Assembly (NCBI GenBank): GCA_036867785.1
Contig: CP145421.1
Span: forward strand, 744,001-808,000
Reading direction: 5' to 3'
Source of the DNA: Plasmodiophora brassicae
Lineage: Eukaryota
Length of the DNA stretch: 64,000 nt
Within the stretch, counting starts at the first letter, position 1; each line of letters starts with the position of its first letter. The position numbers and the translations under genes were made by a program. Below, piece after piece: positions 1 to 11,186 of this stretch. The notes under the pieces are model-generated. The model did not search any database. It was given only the letters and a program-made list of their open reading frames with translations, and was not told the origin of the DNA.

Positions 1-618
1 ATTGTCGATGACCGCATTGCCCTCGTTGCATCGGCGAACTTCAACGATCGAAGCCTGCTGGGTGATCGCGACTCGGAGCTTGGAGTGACAGTGGAGGACG
101 AAGATTCGTTTGAGATATCAATGGACGGCAAGCCCTGGATGGTTGGCAGGTTCCCCCACGAGCTACGTTTGAGGCTATGGGCCGAGCACCTGGGTCTAAA
201 GCCAGACGAGGTACACGCCATTTCGGATCCAATCTCTGACGCGGTATACAATGGCATCTGGCTAAAGACAGCCCGCGAGAATACTGCGATCTACGAGAAA
301 GTGTTTCCCAGTAAGTTGCTGGGCTGTTTCGCGTCCCACGATCGTTTAACATCATCGTCCGTCAGGTATTCCCCAGAACTGCCATCGAACCATGAAGGTT
401 GTGTAGCCGCTTCGTTATTTGTAGAAAGCGTCGTCTCAACACTGTTGCAGATTTTCAAGAGTGCAAACGGTCTCCAGGTACCGGCGCCCGCTGTCACAGA
501 CGGGTCCGAGCTTGCTGGCGTTCGCGGCACGCTGACCATGCACCCCATCGGGTTCCTCCTCGATGAGGAAATATCGACCAAACTGTCGCTCGTCCTCGGT
601 GAAAACATATCTCAATGA
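1..618 (+). CDS. PLD: Phospholipase D, 3' part (gene enters from the left of the window)
   Basis: Frame 1 from base 1 reads IVDDRIALVASANFNDRSLLGDRDSELGV (region after the second HKD motif of PLD1/2), then LRLRLWAEHLG and VRGTL; two probable short introns; stop at 616-618. Confidence 0.9.
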   Translation: MVDDRIALVASANFNDRSLLGDRDSELGVTVEDEDSFEISMDGKPWMVGRFPHELRLRLWAEHLGLKPDEVHAISDPISDAVYNGIWLKTARENTAIYEKVFPSKLLGCFASHDRLTSSSVRYSPELPSNHEGCVAASLFVESVVSTLLQIFKSANGLQVPAPAVTDGSELAGVRGTLTMHPIGFLLDEEISTKLSLVLGENISQ

Positions 619-689
619 GTCAAATCGTCGCACAACGCATACGACGCCGGTTCTGTATTCAGAGACGGCAAGGGCCAGTGGCACCATAT

Positions 690-1472
690 TCACGAGGAGT
701 AAGAGAACGAGCACAGCGCGTAGGCCTCGCGTAACATACGCTTGCAGATGCAAGCGGAGCCGCAGACGGTGCTGCTGTAGGTCAGGCGCGCGACGCTAGG
801 AACATCGCTAGGGGCAGGGGCAGCGCAGGTCTCCGCGAACGTCCAGTGGTCAAAGTACGGCAGTGGCGTTTGGGGCGCTGCCACCGACGTCTCCACCATA
901 TGAAGGGTCTTGCAGAAGTCGTCGTTGTCATCGTCGTCGCTTCTCTCGTCGATGGCCCTGCATATGCCCGGCATGACGAACACGTCGAGAACGTTCCAGA
1001 CCGGGTCGCGACGAACGGCGATGCCGCTCCAGTCGTCGTGGGCAATGTTCTCACACTTGCCCTGCGTCGTCACCGAGCTGGCGCCGCCGAACGACTTGGC
1101 CGTAATGCTCCCGTCCGGGTTCATGTACACTGACAGCGTCTGCTGGCCTTTGCCGCTGGACGACGGCTTGTGGTAGATGCTGAAGATGTTCAACGGCGGC
1201 GTCGTCGGCGTGTCCAGGTAGTTGCCGTTGTCCGCGTTCGGGTGAACGTAGAACATGTACGTGTACTGTGTGCTGTTGACCACGCTCGGGTCGAACGCGA
1301 CTGGCGCCGCCACCGCCGTCTGCGTCGACACGGTCGGCTTCCGCGGGCCATCCAGGAGCAAAGTGTACGCGTGCGAGATCGTGACATGGCCGAACAGCAA
1401 TAACGTAGCTAGGTAGGCATCTGGACAAGGTGGTTCACCAGTGAGACGGCGTCCTATGTACCGGGACCACAT
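690..1472 (-). CDS. Hypothetical protein with signal-like hydrophobic N-terminus, beta-rich (possibly ConA/LamG-like fold)
   Basis: 260-aa ORF; hydrophobic YLATLLLFGHVTISHA followed by beta-strand-like segments (YTYMFYVHP, TLSVYMNPDGSI, WSGIAVRRD). The 3' end is uncertain. Confidence 0.5.
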   Translation of the reverse strand: MWSRYIGRRLTGEPPCPDAYLATLLLFGHVTISHAYTLLLDGPRKPTVSTQTAVAAPVAFDPSVVNSTQYTYMFYVHPNADNGNYLDTPTTPPLNIFSIYHKPSSSGKGQQTLSVYMNPDGSITAKSFGGASSVTTQGKCENIAHDDWSGIAVRRDPVWNVLDVFVMPGICRAIDERSDDDDNDDFCKTLHMVETSVAAPQTPLPYFDHWTFAETCAAPAPSDVPSVARLTYSSTVCGSACICKRMLREAYALCSFSYSS

Positions 1473-1683
1473 GCGCCCTACAGCGTGCGTTGACAGAGTT
1501 CATGGTCGACAGTCGAGGCAGCGAACGCTCCACCGCTATCCAACGAACCGATCTGTTAAATGACGCTACCAAAGCGTACGAATCTCGAGAGACCCAGACA
1601 CGCGCCTGCCATGGACGATAATATCACATGCAGATCGCCGCGAATATCTTCCCGGCCGGAACGGGAATCCGGATCCAGAGATA

Positions 1684-2553
1684 TCAGACGACGATGGAGC
1701 GCAGGACCGACTGACGTGATCGGACAACGCCGTTACGATCGACAGCGACACGGACGTCGATGCGCGCCAAAGTGAACGGCGAGTTGCCGTTGGCGTTCAG
1801 GCAGGCGAACAGCTCGGTGACGACGTGCCTGTGCGTTGTGACGGCCAGTTTGGGGCACAGGCCCCCACAGAGACTGCGGACGACATCGGGGCACGCCATG
1901 CAATCCAGAACGCCGTTCACGCGAACGGGCAGGCCGCGATAGGCGAACGATGATGCGTCCACGACAGACGACGGGTCAGGCACCTGGCGCCCGATGGTGT
2001 GGATGACTGCCGGGCCTATGAATGTCCCGTCACAAGTTGCCATGACGATCTCGCCAACGGCTACGTATGTCCTCGAGGACAGGGACGATGTTGGACGGTC
2101 CCGTGGAGGTGACAAAGACAGGCGCGGGAGACGCTCGGAAGACAGATGAGCAAGGTCGAGGCAGACCTGTCGAAGATGCGATGAGGGCGGCGCCTCGGCA
2201 GGGTTCAGGTTGAACAGGCGCGAGGCGGATGTCGTGCTGCCATGTGGGCGACCGCGCCACATCCGGACCCGGATGTCGGTCATCAGGATCACGTCGCCGA
2301 CCCGGAACCGTTCGACCCACCGCGACCGGTCCCGCCACATGGTGACCCGGAAGAACGGCGTGCCGCACTGCCCGACGAGGACGCTGCTGAACGCCACGCG
2401 CCCCGCCGACGTGATCGCCACCGGGTCGACCTGGAACGCCACGGCGCACAGGCTGACGACCGTGTCGACCTGGAGCCCGCCGATGCTGCTGGTCACGACT
2501 GGCGCATGCAGCCACGAGGCCTCGTAGTTCTGCAGCCGGGCCCAGTCGGACAT
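1684..2553 (-). CDS. OB-fold ssDNA-binding protein, SHLD2/FAM35A-like
   Basis: Intronless ORF; FFRVTMWRDRSRWVERFRVGDVILMTDIRVRMWRG...STTSASRLFNL fits the OB-fold pattern I recall for SHLD2; C-terminal VVTELFACL...VDRNG also resembles it. Confidence 0.6.
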   Translation of the reverse strand: MSDWARLQNYEASWLHAPVVTSSIGGLQVDTVVSLCAVAFQVDPVAITSAGRVAFSSVLVGQCGTPFFRVTMWRDRSRWVERFRVGDVILMTDIRVRMWRGRPHGSTTSASRLFNLNPAEAPPSSHLRQVCLDLAHLSSERLPRLSLSPPRDRPTSSLSSRTYVAVGEIVMATCDGTFIGPAVIHTIGRQVPDPSSVVDASSFAYRGLPVRVNGVLDCMACPDVVRSLCGGLCPKLAVTTHRHVVTELFACLNANGNSPFTLARIDVRVAVDRNGVVRSRQSVLRSIVV

Positions 2554-2703
2554 CGTCACGGGGATCCGCAGCTGCAGCGGACCGCGCGTTTTACCGCGTC
2601 GGTTCGCTCACCCGCCACATGACATGGGCCAACTGCACCGCGGGCTGTATTGGGGAATATGCGCGTTCAGGGGCCGGTGCACGACCACAAGCATGTTTCG
2701 CAT

Positions 2704-3865
2704 TCACATGATGGTGCATTTGGCACCCTGCAATTGTTCATGGCGGGCACGGGCCTGCTCCGGGTCCACGGTTGAGTAGGCCCAGGCGCAGACCTTCCTG
2801 TAGGCGGCTTGGATGAGGCCGGGGCATCGCGGCGAGAGAAGCGCGCCGTCGCAGGTCTGCCGGAAGCTTTGGAAGGCCAGCCGCGCCGGCGTCGAGAACA
2901 TGTAGCGGACCCGAAGGTATTGCCAGACCAGGACGGTGACCAGGACCTGGCGGTGCTGGGAGAGGATACCCAGGACGAACGATATCCCGGTTAAAATGTC
3001 CAACGAGGCACACCAGTTGTCAAGAGCAGTCTTCTTCGACCCGATCCATGACAACGTTGACGACAGCCTGGCATGCAAGCCTGGCGCAAACATGGGCAGG
3101 ATCGCACGGTCGAGTGCCGAAGCAACGAATAGCCCCGAGCGACAGAAAATCGGGAGGATGGGAACTACAGGGCAACAGTTAACACTTGAGCCAGGACGTA
3201 TCAGTCAACAACGTACCCAGCGTCGGGTAAGCAGCAATCAATGCAAAGTCCAGCATTAAAAAGTGCATTTCCTCGTCAAAGAACAGCCGCTGGGCATAGG
3301 CAGCGTCCATCTTTGGTTTCTGCATCAGGCCATCAGCGACAAGGAGCCCGCCAATGATGCCCACCAGACCAGGTTACCCCATGCGTCGTCAGGACGTGAA
3401 TCGCGCCATTGACGATCCCACACAGGACGAGGAGCCGGAAGACGACGGCATTCAATCCAGGGGACGACACCGTCGCGATAAACCTATCGTGATCTCTAGG
3501 CGTCAGGTGGCACATCGCACACCCCGAACGATGGGCGCGTACCCAAGTGTGAACAAGAGGACGAGAACGTTCGCTGCCAGGCGAACGTAATTGCAGGTAA
3601 TGATAACAGCTCGTCGCGTCGACGATTGCGGTGCATCGTCAGGGTCGGGCCCAGAACGCGTCGTCCTTTGCGGCGCTGGCTCGAGGTCCAGGTGCTCGTT
3701 GACCGCGCCGCGAAAGTACTTCCGCTTCGCCTTCACAACGGCGACCTGCGGGTCGACGCTGGCGGATATGAACATCTGCGACAGGCGCTCCTGCCACTTG
3801 GCATCGGCGCCCCAGTCGTGCGCCTCGAACTGGCGTTCCGCCTCGACGGCCAAGTCCGCGACCAT
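2704..3865 (-). CDS. TMEM33/Pom33 (UPF0121) family membrane protein, multi-exon
   Basis: N-terminal FEAHDWGADAKWQERL...KAKRKYF; hydrophobic exons; C-terminal WQYLRVRY...SPRCPGLIQAAYRKV typical of the family; ends CTIM. Confidence 0.75.
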
Positions 3866-3997
3866 CGCGGCGACCACCACCACCACCACCACGAACGGCG
3901 ACACAAAAACGAGACTGACGCCCTCGACCGACCGAGGCCGTCGTCGGCCGAGAACGTCGTCACCCCATGCAGGAGGAGTGCCCGAGGCGAGTCGTGT

Positions 3998-5817
3998 TTA
4001 GTGAGCCGGCGCTTCGTTCGGGCCGGTACCGGCAGCGGATGCTGGTTTCGGGGCGGCCGCGGCCGGCTCGTCGAAGTCGGCGGTGAACAGCTCGGACACG
4101 GATTGCTTGGTGTGGATCCGCGCGATCGCCTGCGCGAGGAACTCGGCGATGGACAGCTGGACGATCTTCTCGCTCTGCTTGTTCTCCGGCAGCGGCACCG
4201 TGTTGCAGACCACGACCTGCGTCGACGCGGGGGCGTCAGGCTGCATCACGACACGTTTGCGCCCGCGCCTCGCGCATGGGTACCTTCTCGAAGCAGCTGC
4301 CGTTGATCCGCTCGATGGCGGGCCCGTTGAATAAGCCGTGCGTCGCGAATGCATAGACGCGCTTGGCACCCTGCCTACACACGATGACTGAGATGAACGC
4401 CCGGTGACCAAACGATCTGGGGCGCGTGCGCCGGCATACTTTTTCAACACTTCAGCGGCCTGGCACAGCGTTCCAGCTAGGACGACATGTCAACGTGGTA
4501 CCGGCGGTCGCATTCCATTGGGGGAGCGGCCCACCGGTGTCAATCATATCGTCGACGATGATGCAATCGGCGCCCTTGACGTCTCCGACTAAGTCCATGC
4601 GGTCGACGACGTTGGCGCGCAACCTCTGCTTGATGATCATCGCTAGGCCGGTATCCAGCCCATAGTGTCTCAGTCCGTCCCTGGAGGCGCTCATCAGCAA
4701 TACAAAACCGGTACCTCGCGGCACGCTTCGGTACCTGAACTTCTTGGCCCGGTACACGCCACCCGCATCCGGACTCACGATCACTGTGTTCTCACCCCGG
4801 AGACCCAACTCGGCGAAGAACGGCAGGGCGACTACCGCCCCTTCGAGGTTGTCGCAGGGCGTTCGCGGTCCAAAGAATCCCTGTACACCGCGAGCGCGCG
4901 TTATAAAGGGGGGGGGGTGCATCTGGTTTCGCAGCGTTCACACCTGAATCTGCCCGCAGTGCAAATCGACGGCGACGACGCGGTCGACGCCGACCGACTC
5001 CAGCAGTAGGGCAACGTCGGCAGCTGAAATGGGAACTCGAGACGTCATCTACAGGAACGTTCACAAACGGCGGCTGCCGAGGAACGCGCACGATGGCCAA
5101 CCTTGCGGTCCTGTCGAGCGTAGCCAAAGTACGGAATGATTGCAGATATCTTTCGGGCGGACGCCCTCCTAAGCCCAATGTGCTTGGTCAGCAGATTGGC
5201 GATAGGACGTGAGCAGACAGGTCACCTGAATGTACTGATCATGAGAACGAGCTCCATTAGGTGGTCGTTCACGCCGGGCGGGCAGGTCGGCTGAATAATG
5301 TAGACGTCCGCCGACCTGACGTTTTCGTGGACCTGAACGCCTATCTCGCCATCCGCAAACTTGGTGATCGTCATCTCACCCAGCTTCGTGCCCAGATGAG
5401 CGCAGATCTCTTTTGCCAACTGCCCGGATGGTATCATCAGTCACACAATAATGTCATTGGTGGACAGAGGCGTATCGTTCGTACCGGCACGTTAGCTGAT
5501 CCGGAGAACACCAACGGTTTATAGTGCGCCTTCTGCTTATTCGCTGAACGCGCTGTTGCTATCGGCTGACGGTCCCCAGCAGGAGGTCCACCATCCGTCC
5601 CATGTGTGCCTGCGTCGTTTGTCGCAGGCGCTTTAACATCCTCGGCGACGGCCTGTTCGCGCCGCGACCAGACAGCATACACGACGGCGACCCCGAGCAC
5701 GGGCAGCCCCCATTGCACGTTCCGCTGCCAGGGCGTCGCCGCCGCCGCCGATGACATCCGCCTGGCACACACCAGCCGGCATCGTGCCGCCCGCGCCAGG
5801 CCCGCCCACGACATCAT
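3998..5817 (-). CDS. PRS: Ribose-phosphate pyrophosphokinase (PRPP synthetase), multi-exon, with organelle-targeting N-terminus
   Basis: Motifs [77 protein letters not shown]. Confidence 0.95.
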
Positions 5818-6162
5818 CGCATCCGCCGTGCCCCGAACGACAACGGATGATGGCAGTGTCTCGGACACGGACTGGGCCGACAGTCGGGGGGAGCACCGGA
5901 GCACACACACGACTGCACGGAGTCCCACTCCGGCCCGTCTCTCTCTCTCTCCTCACGCCTCGCAGTTGGCTGTCGGCGCCGCCGCTCTTCTCACGGTACG
6001 TACCCACAGTGGGTGGGTGAATAATTCGAGAAACTGAATTGCGGGGGATGGTCAAGGTCGCTGGCTGCGGTGCTTGCTCGGGATCGTGGTTCTAGAACGC
6101 CAGTGGCGTTGGGGCAGGATCCGCGCGGACGTTGTGTGACACGCGCGCGCGCGCGCCAAAAC

Positions 6163-6771
6163 ATGCTGTACCACATCGTTCTGCTGCGAGTGAGGGACGA
6201 TGCGGCGCCGCCAGCGACGCAAGCGATGATGGACGCCATCCACGGCCTGTCGACGCAGATCCCGTGTATCGTCAGCGTTGCAGGTCGGCGTTATGGTTCG
6301 CGTCGTCGGGGGCGTGATGCCTGAACGCATGGGTGTTCGCAGTCGGCGCACAGGACAACCAGATGTACCCGAACTATAGACCCAGGACGGCCGGGTACAC
6401 GCACGCGTTGATCGTCGCGCTCGAATCGGCCGCCGACCTGCAGGTATACGCCCACCACCCGACACATCTTTCTGTCGTCGACACGTACATCAAACCCCGT
6501 CCGTTACCCACCCCGTTTCCGAATACGCCCGCTCGAATATCCTGATAATCGCTCTCCAGTGGCCGACGCCGTCCTGGCAGTTGACTTTATCGACGACCAC
6601 GCCGTGCTGCCAACGCCCCGGCCAACCTCGCCCAGGGCTGGATGGCAACGACTCCGCCGCGCCACACGCCGCATGCTCTTCGCTGCTGCCGTACCTCTCC
6701 TATTCCTTGGACTCGGTGCCGCAATCGGCTACGCTTCCAGGACTCGATCGGCATCCCCCGATAAACAATAG
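6163..6771 (+). CDS. Stress-responsive A/B barrel (Dabb) domain protein with C-terminal transmembrane anchor, 3 exons
   Basis: MLYHIVLLRV...IPCIVSV / GYTHALIVALESAADLQVYAHHPTH / VLAVDF, then a hydrophobic tail LFAAAVPLLFLGLGAAIGY. Confidence 0.8.
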
Positions 6772-7030
6772 CGGTCTTCCATATCGCACCAGATGTACAA
6801 TGTGTTGCCGCATTCGGGGCACTGTCGCCGCCGACCGGCTTTGTGCCCCCAGAACCAGGCCGCCTTTGCTGTTGTTGGGCAAAAATGGCCGCTGAGGCGC
6901 GTAGGACGTACCAGGTACGTAACGTGGCGGCCCAGCCGGAGCCGGGAGACGGAATCAGGCCAAAGTCTGCGGCAGTGGGACGGGGACGGGGGGCGTAGGC
7001 CGTTGGGGGTACGGGGTTGCTGCCCCGGCC

Positions 7031-7050
7031 GGACGGACGGACGGACGGAC
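7031..7050. repeat. (GGAC)5 microsatellite upstream of the sphingomyelinase gene
   Basis: ggacggacggacggacggac read directly. Confidence 0.85.
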
Positions 7051-7110
7051 GGGGGGTCGGATCACGCCTGCGCCGGGTGGTGGGGGGTCGACGCGTCGTG
7101 ACCGTCGCCG

Positions 7111-8965
7111 ATGTCGCATGTCCTGTGGCTGGCGGACCGTCTGCGCCGGGACATCACGTACGTGAACAGCCATGGGATGCTGCGCCGGGAGACGGGCACG
7201 GGCACGCCGCGTGACGCGGATTCAGGCCGCGGTAGCGTCGTCGGCGACGAGGCCGACCCGTTCGAGCTCCGCGTCCTGACGATGAACGTGTGGGGCCTGT
7301 ACTTCCTGCCGCATGTCGAGGCGCGTGTCGAGGCGCTGGGCGAACGCCTGCACGGATACGACGTGATCGCGCTTCAAGAGGTCTGGCATGCTCGCGAGCG
7401 TGACGCGCTGAGGACAGCGGGTCGTCAGGCCGGCCTGATCTATGCTCACTATTTCGCCGGTGGGATCGGGTTTCCGTTCTGGCCTGGGTCGCACGGGACT
7501 GGCGTCCTGGTCCTGTCCCGTTTGCCCATCGTCGATGTTGTCTGGAAGCGCTTCCTAATCAACGGGAAACCCTACAAGGTCTGGTGTCAAGAGCGCCGTG
7601 GGGGGACCCTGGTCTAACCGTCGCACGATGCAGTTGCATCACAGCGATTACCTAGCGGGTCGTGGGGTCGGCCTGCTTCGCTTGTCCTCCCCAACTGGCC
7701 CTATCGACGTGTTTGTCACACATTTGCACGCGATGTGTACGATTAGGCACGTGCTAGTGCGTTGGCGAGTCGCTGAGCGCCCATATAGATGTGGACAATC
7801 CCGACGACGACGAGTATTTATCGCATCGCATGGGGCAGGCGTTCGAAACCGCTCAGTTCATACGGGCGACTGCTCGCGCTCCCCTAGTAACGACTGCACT
7901 CCATTCGTGGTGGGTATAATGTAAATGTTTACTCATTTGCTTTGCCAGGTCGTTGTGATGGGCGACTTCAACTGCTGGCCGAACTCCGTCTCGATGTGTA
8001 TGCTGAGAAGTTTCGTATCACTGCGCGACGCCTGGGACTACTGTCACCCAACCTCAGAGGTATTCCTACCGGACATTCATCAGATGCCAAAGGCTAACGA
8101 CAATTTAGTCGCGCGACGCTGCCGTAGAGGATTGGAGCGGCTGCACGTTTGGCACGCCAGACAACGCCTTCTCCTACAAAGAGGGCATCAAACCGCAACT
8201 ATTAGACTACGTCATGTTCGCTACTCTGGATCAACCTTTGTCCGATCCTCGAATCCACTGGTCTCTGCGCGAATGCTCGCTGGCGATTGAGTTCATGGAC
8301 ATGGCGGCGCAGGCAGCAGGTTCGCTTGACCGTTTCCACTGGGATCATTGCCCTGACAAACTGTGTGATAAGGCACATCGAGTCCCCCGTCGCGGATTCC
8401 TCTAAGCGACCACTGGGGTGTTAAAGCTGTGTTTGCCGGTTCTCGTAAGACGCCCGCGTCAGGTGCCGCCGTTGGCGATGACCGCCAAAAGTGGCCTCTC
8501 GACTCGATAACCACCCACGATCATGAGCTGCTTCAGGCAGCCATGGCAATCTGCATGCAGGGGCGGAAGGTTAGTTGCGCGTCCCGCCGCCTTGACTATA
8601 AGCTGAAGCGTGCTCTGTCCCATGGCAGGAGGCAAACAGACGACGTTCGCGTCATCATCGGCGAACCTTGTTTGCCCTGATGATCTTCCCGTTGCTCTGG
8701 ATCATTGGATTCCGCATCCCCATCGCACTGGCGTGGACTCCGTTCCTGGTCAGTGGATACTGCATTGCTGAGATGCTTCTGGCCCAGGGAGTGGGTAAGT
8801 GACGAGAGTCGCGATACATATCGCCCTGTGTGCAGTGTGGATTAACGTTATGACGTGGCATCAGTGACCGATGAAATCACAAGCTTCAACGAGATCCTTC
8901 ATCAGATGAAGCACCTGCTGAAAAGGCAAAGCGTTCATAGTGCTCCCGCTCTCGATGCTACATAA
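7111..8965 (+). CDS. Neutral sphingomyelinase / ISC1-SMPD2-like EEP-family phosphodiesterase, multi-exon
   Basis: LRVLTMNVWG, ALQEVW, GTGVLVLSRLPI, VFVTHLHA, MGDFN, LDYV, SDHWGV, plus C-terminal hydrophobic helices; stop position inferred from splicing. Confidence 0.85.
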
Positions 8966-9027
8966 AGCCAACGGGAGTTTCATGAAATGCCAACGTCCGT
9001 CGAATAATTCGCTACTCAGTATTACAT

Positions 9028-10521
9028 TTAGACCAACGGAAACGCATTCCGTTTGGAGAGCGGGGTGTACGCGTATCTGCTTCGCCGGCTCGAGACATTG
9101 CGCAGCAGGAAGAACGCTGCTGCGACAACAACGATGGGGAGTACCAGGATCCAGATGTTAACGAACGGGAATGACCACCCGTCAGGCGCGGGAGGCGCAG
9201 GGAGCATCAGCGGCCGTCGATGCGTATCCGTGTCTGGAGCGAGAGGACTCGGATTGCTGATCGTTTCAAACAGGACCGACCCGATCGCCCAGTCGATGCC
9301 AATGCCGTTGACTTCGTGAACAACCTTGATGTTCTCGAACGGTTCGCTGAATCCGAAACCGGTCGTCAGGACAGCATGCACGTAGGCCGCATTGAAGCAC
9401 CGCTTGACGATCTGCTCGGGGTTGTCGTCGTTCTTGAATTCGTTGCGCATAGTTTCCACGTCCTTGGCGCAGAACGGCCGTGCAACGTCGTCAAGCTGGT
9501 CGGGGCGTTGCACAACCCCAAAGAATCGGCTCGTATAGAAGAAGTTCTCGATGGCGACGAACTCGACCCCCTTGGTGCTAGGTTGGTACACGCCATTGAA
9601 GCTGCAGGATACGGCGGGGCACTGAGCATCCGACCGCAGCAGGTCCGGCATGAGCGCCGAGCACTTGTCGAAGTCACCAGGTAACGACGGGAACTGCGGC
9701 TGACCGCCCTTGGGCATGCACGGGTTATGTGCGCCGGCCCCGAGGTTCTCCTCAAGCCTCTCCAGGGCTTGCTCGAGGCCGTACCCCAGGAACGAGTGCG
9801 TGTACAGCTGGTACGTCCTGCCACCAATCTCCAGCGGGACGGTCCACTTCGGATCAGCGGCCCCTTGCGGCACAAACGATATCTGCATGGAGGCGCCGCC
9901 CATCTCGATGACGCCGACGGGGCCAAGGTGCGCGTTCGCCTGGTCATGCAGGCGCTGCATGAGATAGTTGGCGGCAACCCACCCGAACATGCCCTCGTCG
10001 CGACCGGATATAACAGAGGCCCACGTGCGCTTGAAGACGAACGCCGTCCGTTCGATCGACTCGGCGCAGTGCTCGAGGATCTCCGCCGCCTCCGCCTGCG
10101 CCACGCTTCGAAGGCCGGCCGTTGCCTTCAGGAACACGGGCGTGCGGCGCCACTGCCAGCGCGGCACATGGTCCATGGCGAACTCCAGCAGAGTCCGGAT
10201 CGACTTCGCAGCGCCCGCCGGGTCCGACGTGTACGACGACAGCCCAGGTTTGACCTTGTGCGTGAATTCGGCCTGGATCACGGGAAGGCCACTGCCGGGC
10301 GTGACCTTCGTCGAGTGGACGTGGATCCTGGACCCACTGCTGCCGGCATCAATGGTGACCATATACCGCATGTCGGACGGGCCTTCCATTGCGACCGGCT
10401 TCAACGTCTGCGACACGTCCGATTCGCCCGCGGACGACGACGACGCCACGACCCAGATCACCGGGCCCAGGAGCGTCGCCGCGAACACCATCGTCGTCTG
10501 CAGGCGCGCCGCCGGCGTCAT
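9028..10521 (-). CDS. GDA1/CD39-family nucleoside phosphatase (apyrase/NTPDase), intronless CDS
   Basis: Apyrase conserved regions DAGSSGSR, KATAGLR, ISGRDEGMFGW, EMGGASMQ, HSFLGYG, DWAIG; N- and C-terminal hydrophobic segments; first ATG at 10521. Confidence 0.93.
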   Translation of the reverse strand: MTPAARLQTTMVFAATLLGPVIWVVASSSSAGESDVSQTLKPVAMEGPSDMRYMVTIDAGSSGSRIHVHSTKVTPGSGLPVIQAEFTHKVKPGLSSYTSDPAGAAKSIRTLLEFAMDHVPRWQWRRTPVFLKATAGLRSVAQAEAAEILEHCAESIERTAFVFKRTWASVISGRDEGMFGWVAANYLMQRLHDQANAHLGPVGVIEMGGASMQISFVPQGAADPKWTVPLEIGGRTYQLYTHSFLGYGLEQALERLEENLGAGAHNPCMPKGGQPQFPSLPGDFDKCSALMPDLLRSDAQCPAVSCSFNGVYQPSTKGVEFVAIENFFYTSRFFGVVQRPDQLDDVARPFCAKDVETMRNEFKNDDNPEQIVKRCFNAAYVHAVLTTGFGFSEPFENIKVVHEVNGIGIDWAIGSVLFETISNPSPLAPDTDTHRRPLMLPAPPAPDGWSFPFVNIWILVLPIVVVAAAFFLLRNVSSRRSRYAYTPLSKRNAFPLV

Positions 10522-11186
10522 GCGCACCCAGAACTGCGTCAGGCGCGACTGCCACACATCAATGAGATTCCCCGTCGGTGAACCCCGCCCGGACGACGAC
10601 GACGCCCGGCCGTCGTGCGCCCTCCCCCCAAAAAAACGCGGAATGAAAACGAGTACCGCGCAACCCCGCCAGTTCGGCGGCCGGCGACGTGCCGGATCCG
10701 AACCCGGCCACGTCGACTGAAATAATATAATGAAGGCCAAATTGAATGCGGGCCCAGAACGAAACAAAATAAAGAAAACAATCTGATGAATTTGGGGGAG
10801 GGGCTGACGTGGTCACAATTCGCAACGTGTCGCTCGCACCTGTGCGGATGGGGCGGCGGCGCTGGGGTCGGATCCCGGCGCTGGCGAGGGGTCGGCGCGC
10901 GCGACTCGTGTCGACCGTCGGCGTGGCGGTAGCAGCACGTCCAGCCTGATGATGCGCGGCACCGTCGCCGTCCCGTGTGGGCCATGGACGCGCTGTGACG
11001 GGCTGTACGACGGGAACCGCGAGGCCACGCCCAGCGCGCCGATTGCGGGTTGTTTATGGACTATACCTAGTCATCATGGCGTGCCGCTCCTGCCTGCAGG
11101 TGACCTGGTACGGGTTTCGCCCGTTCCCGCTGGCATATGCTCCTGCAGGCCATTGTCACGGGTCGTGTACACGGTGCCAAGCGCTG

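Noticed and set aside
9727-10720. Long antisense ORFs over genes (also over RPN2, cNMP-RGS, RhoGAP and others)
   Set aside because: Expected shadows of GC-rich codon usage; no recognisable motifs.
10522-10767. 82-codon upstream extension of the NTPDase ORF
   Set aside because: It begins at a non-ATG codon inside a pyrimidine-rich stretch that looks like a 5' UTR intron; the first ATG is at 10521.
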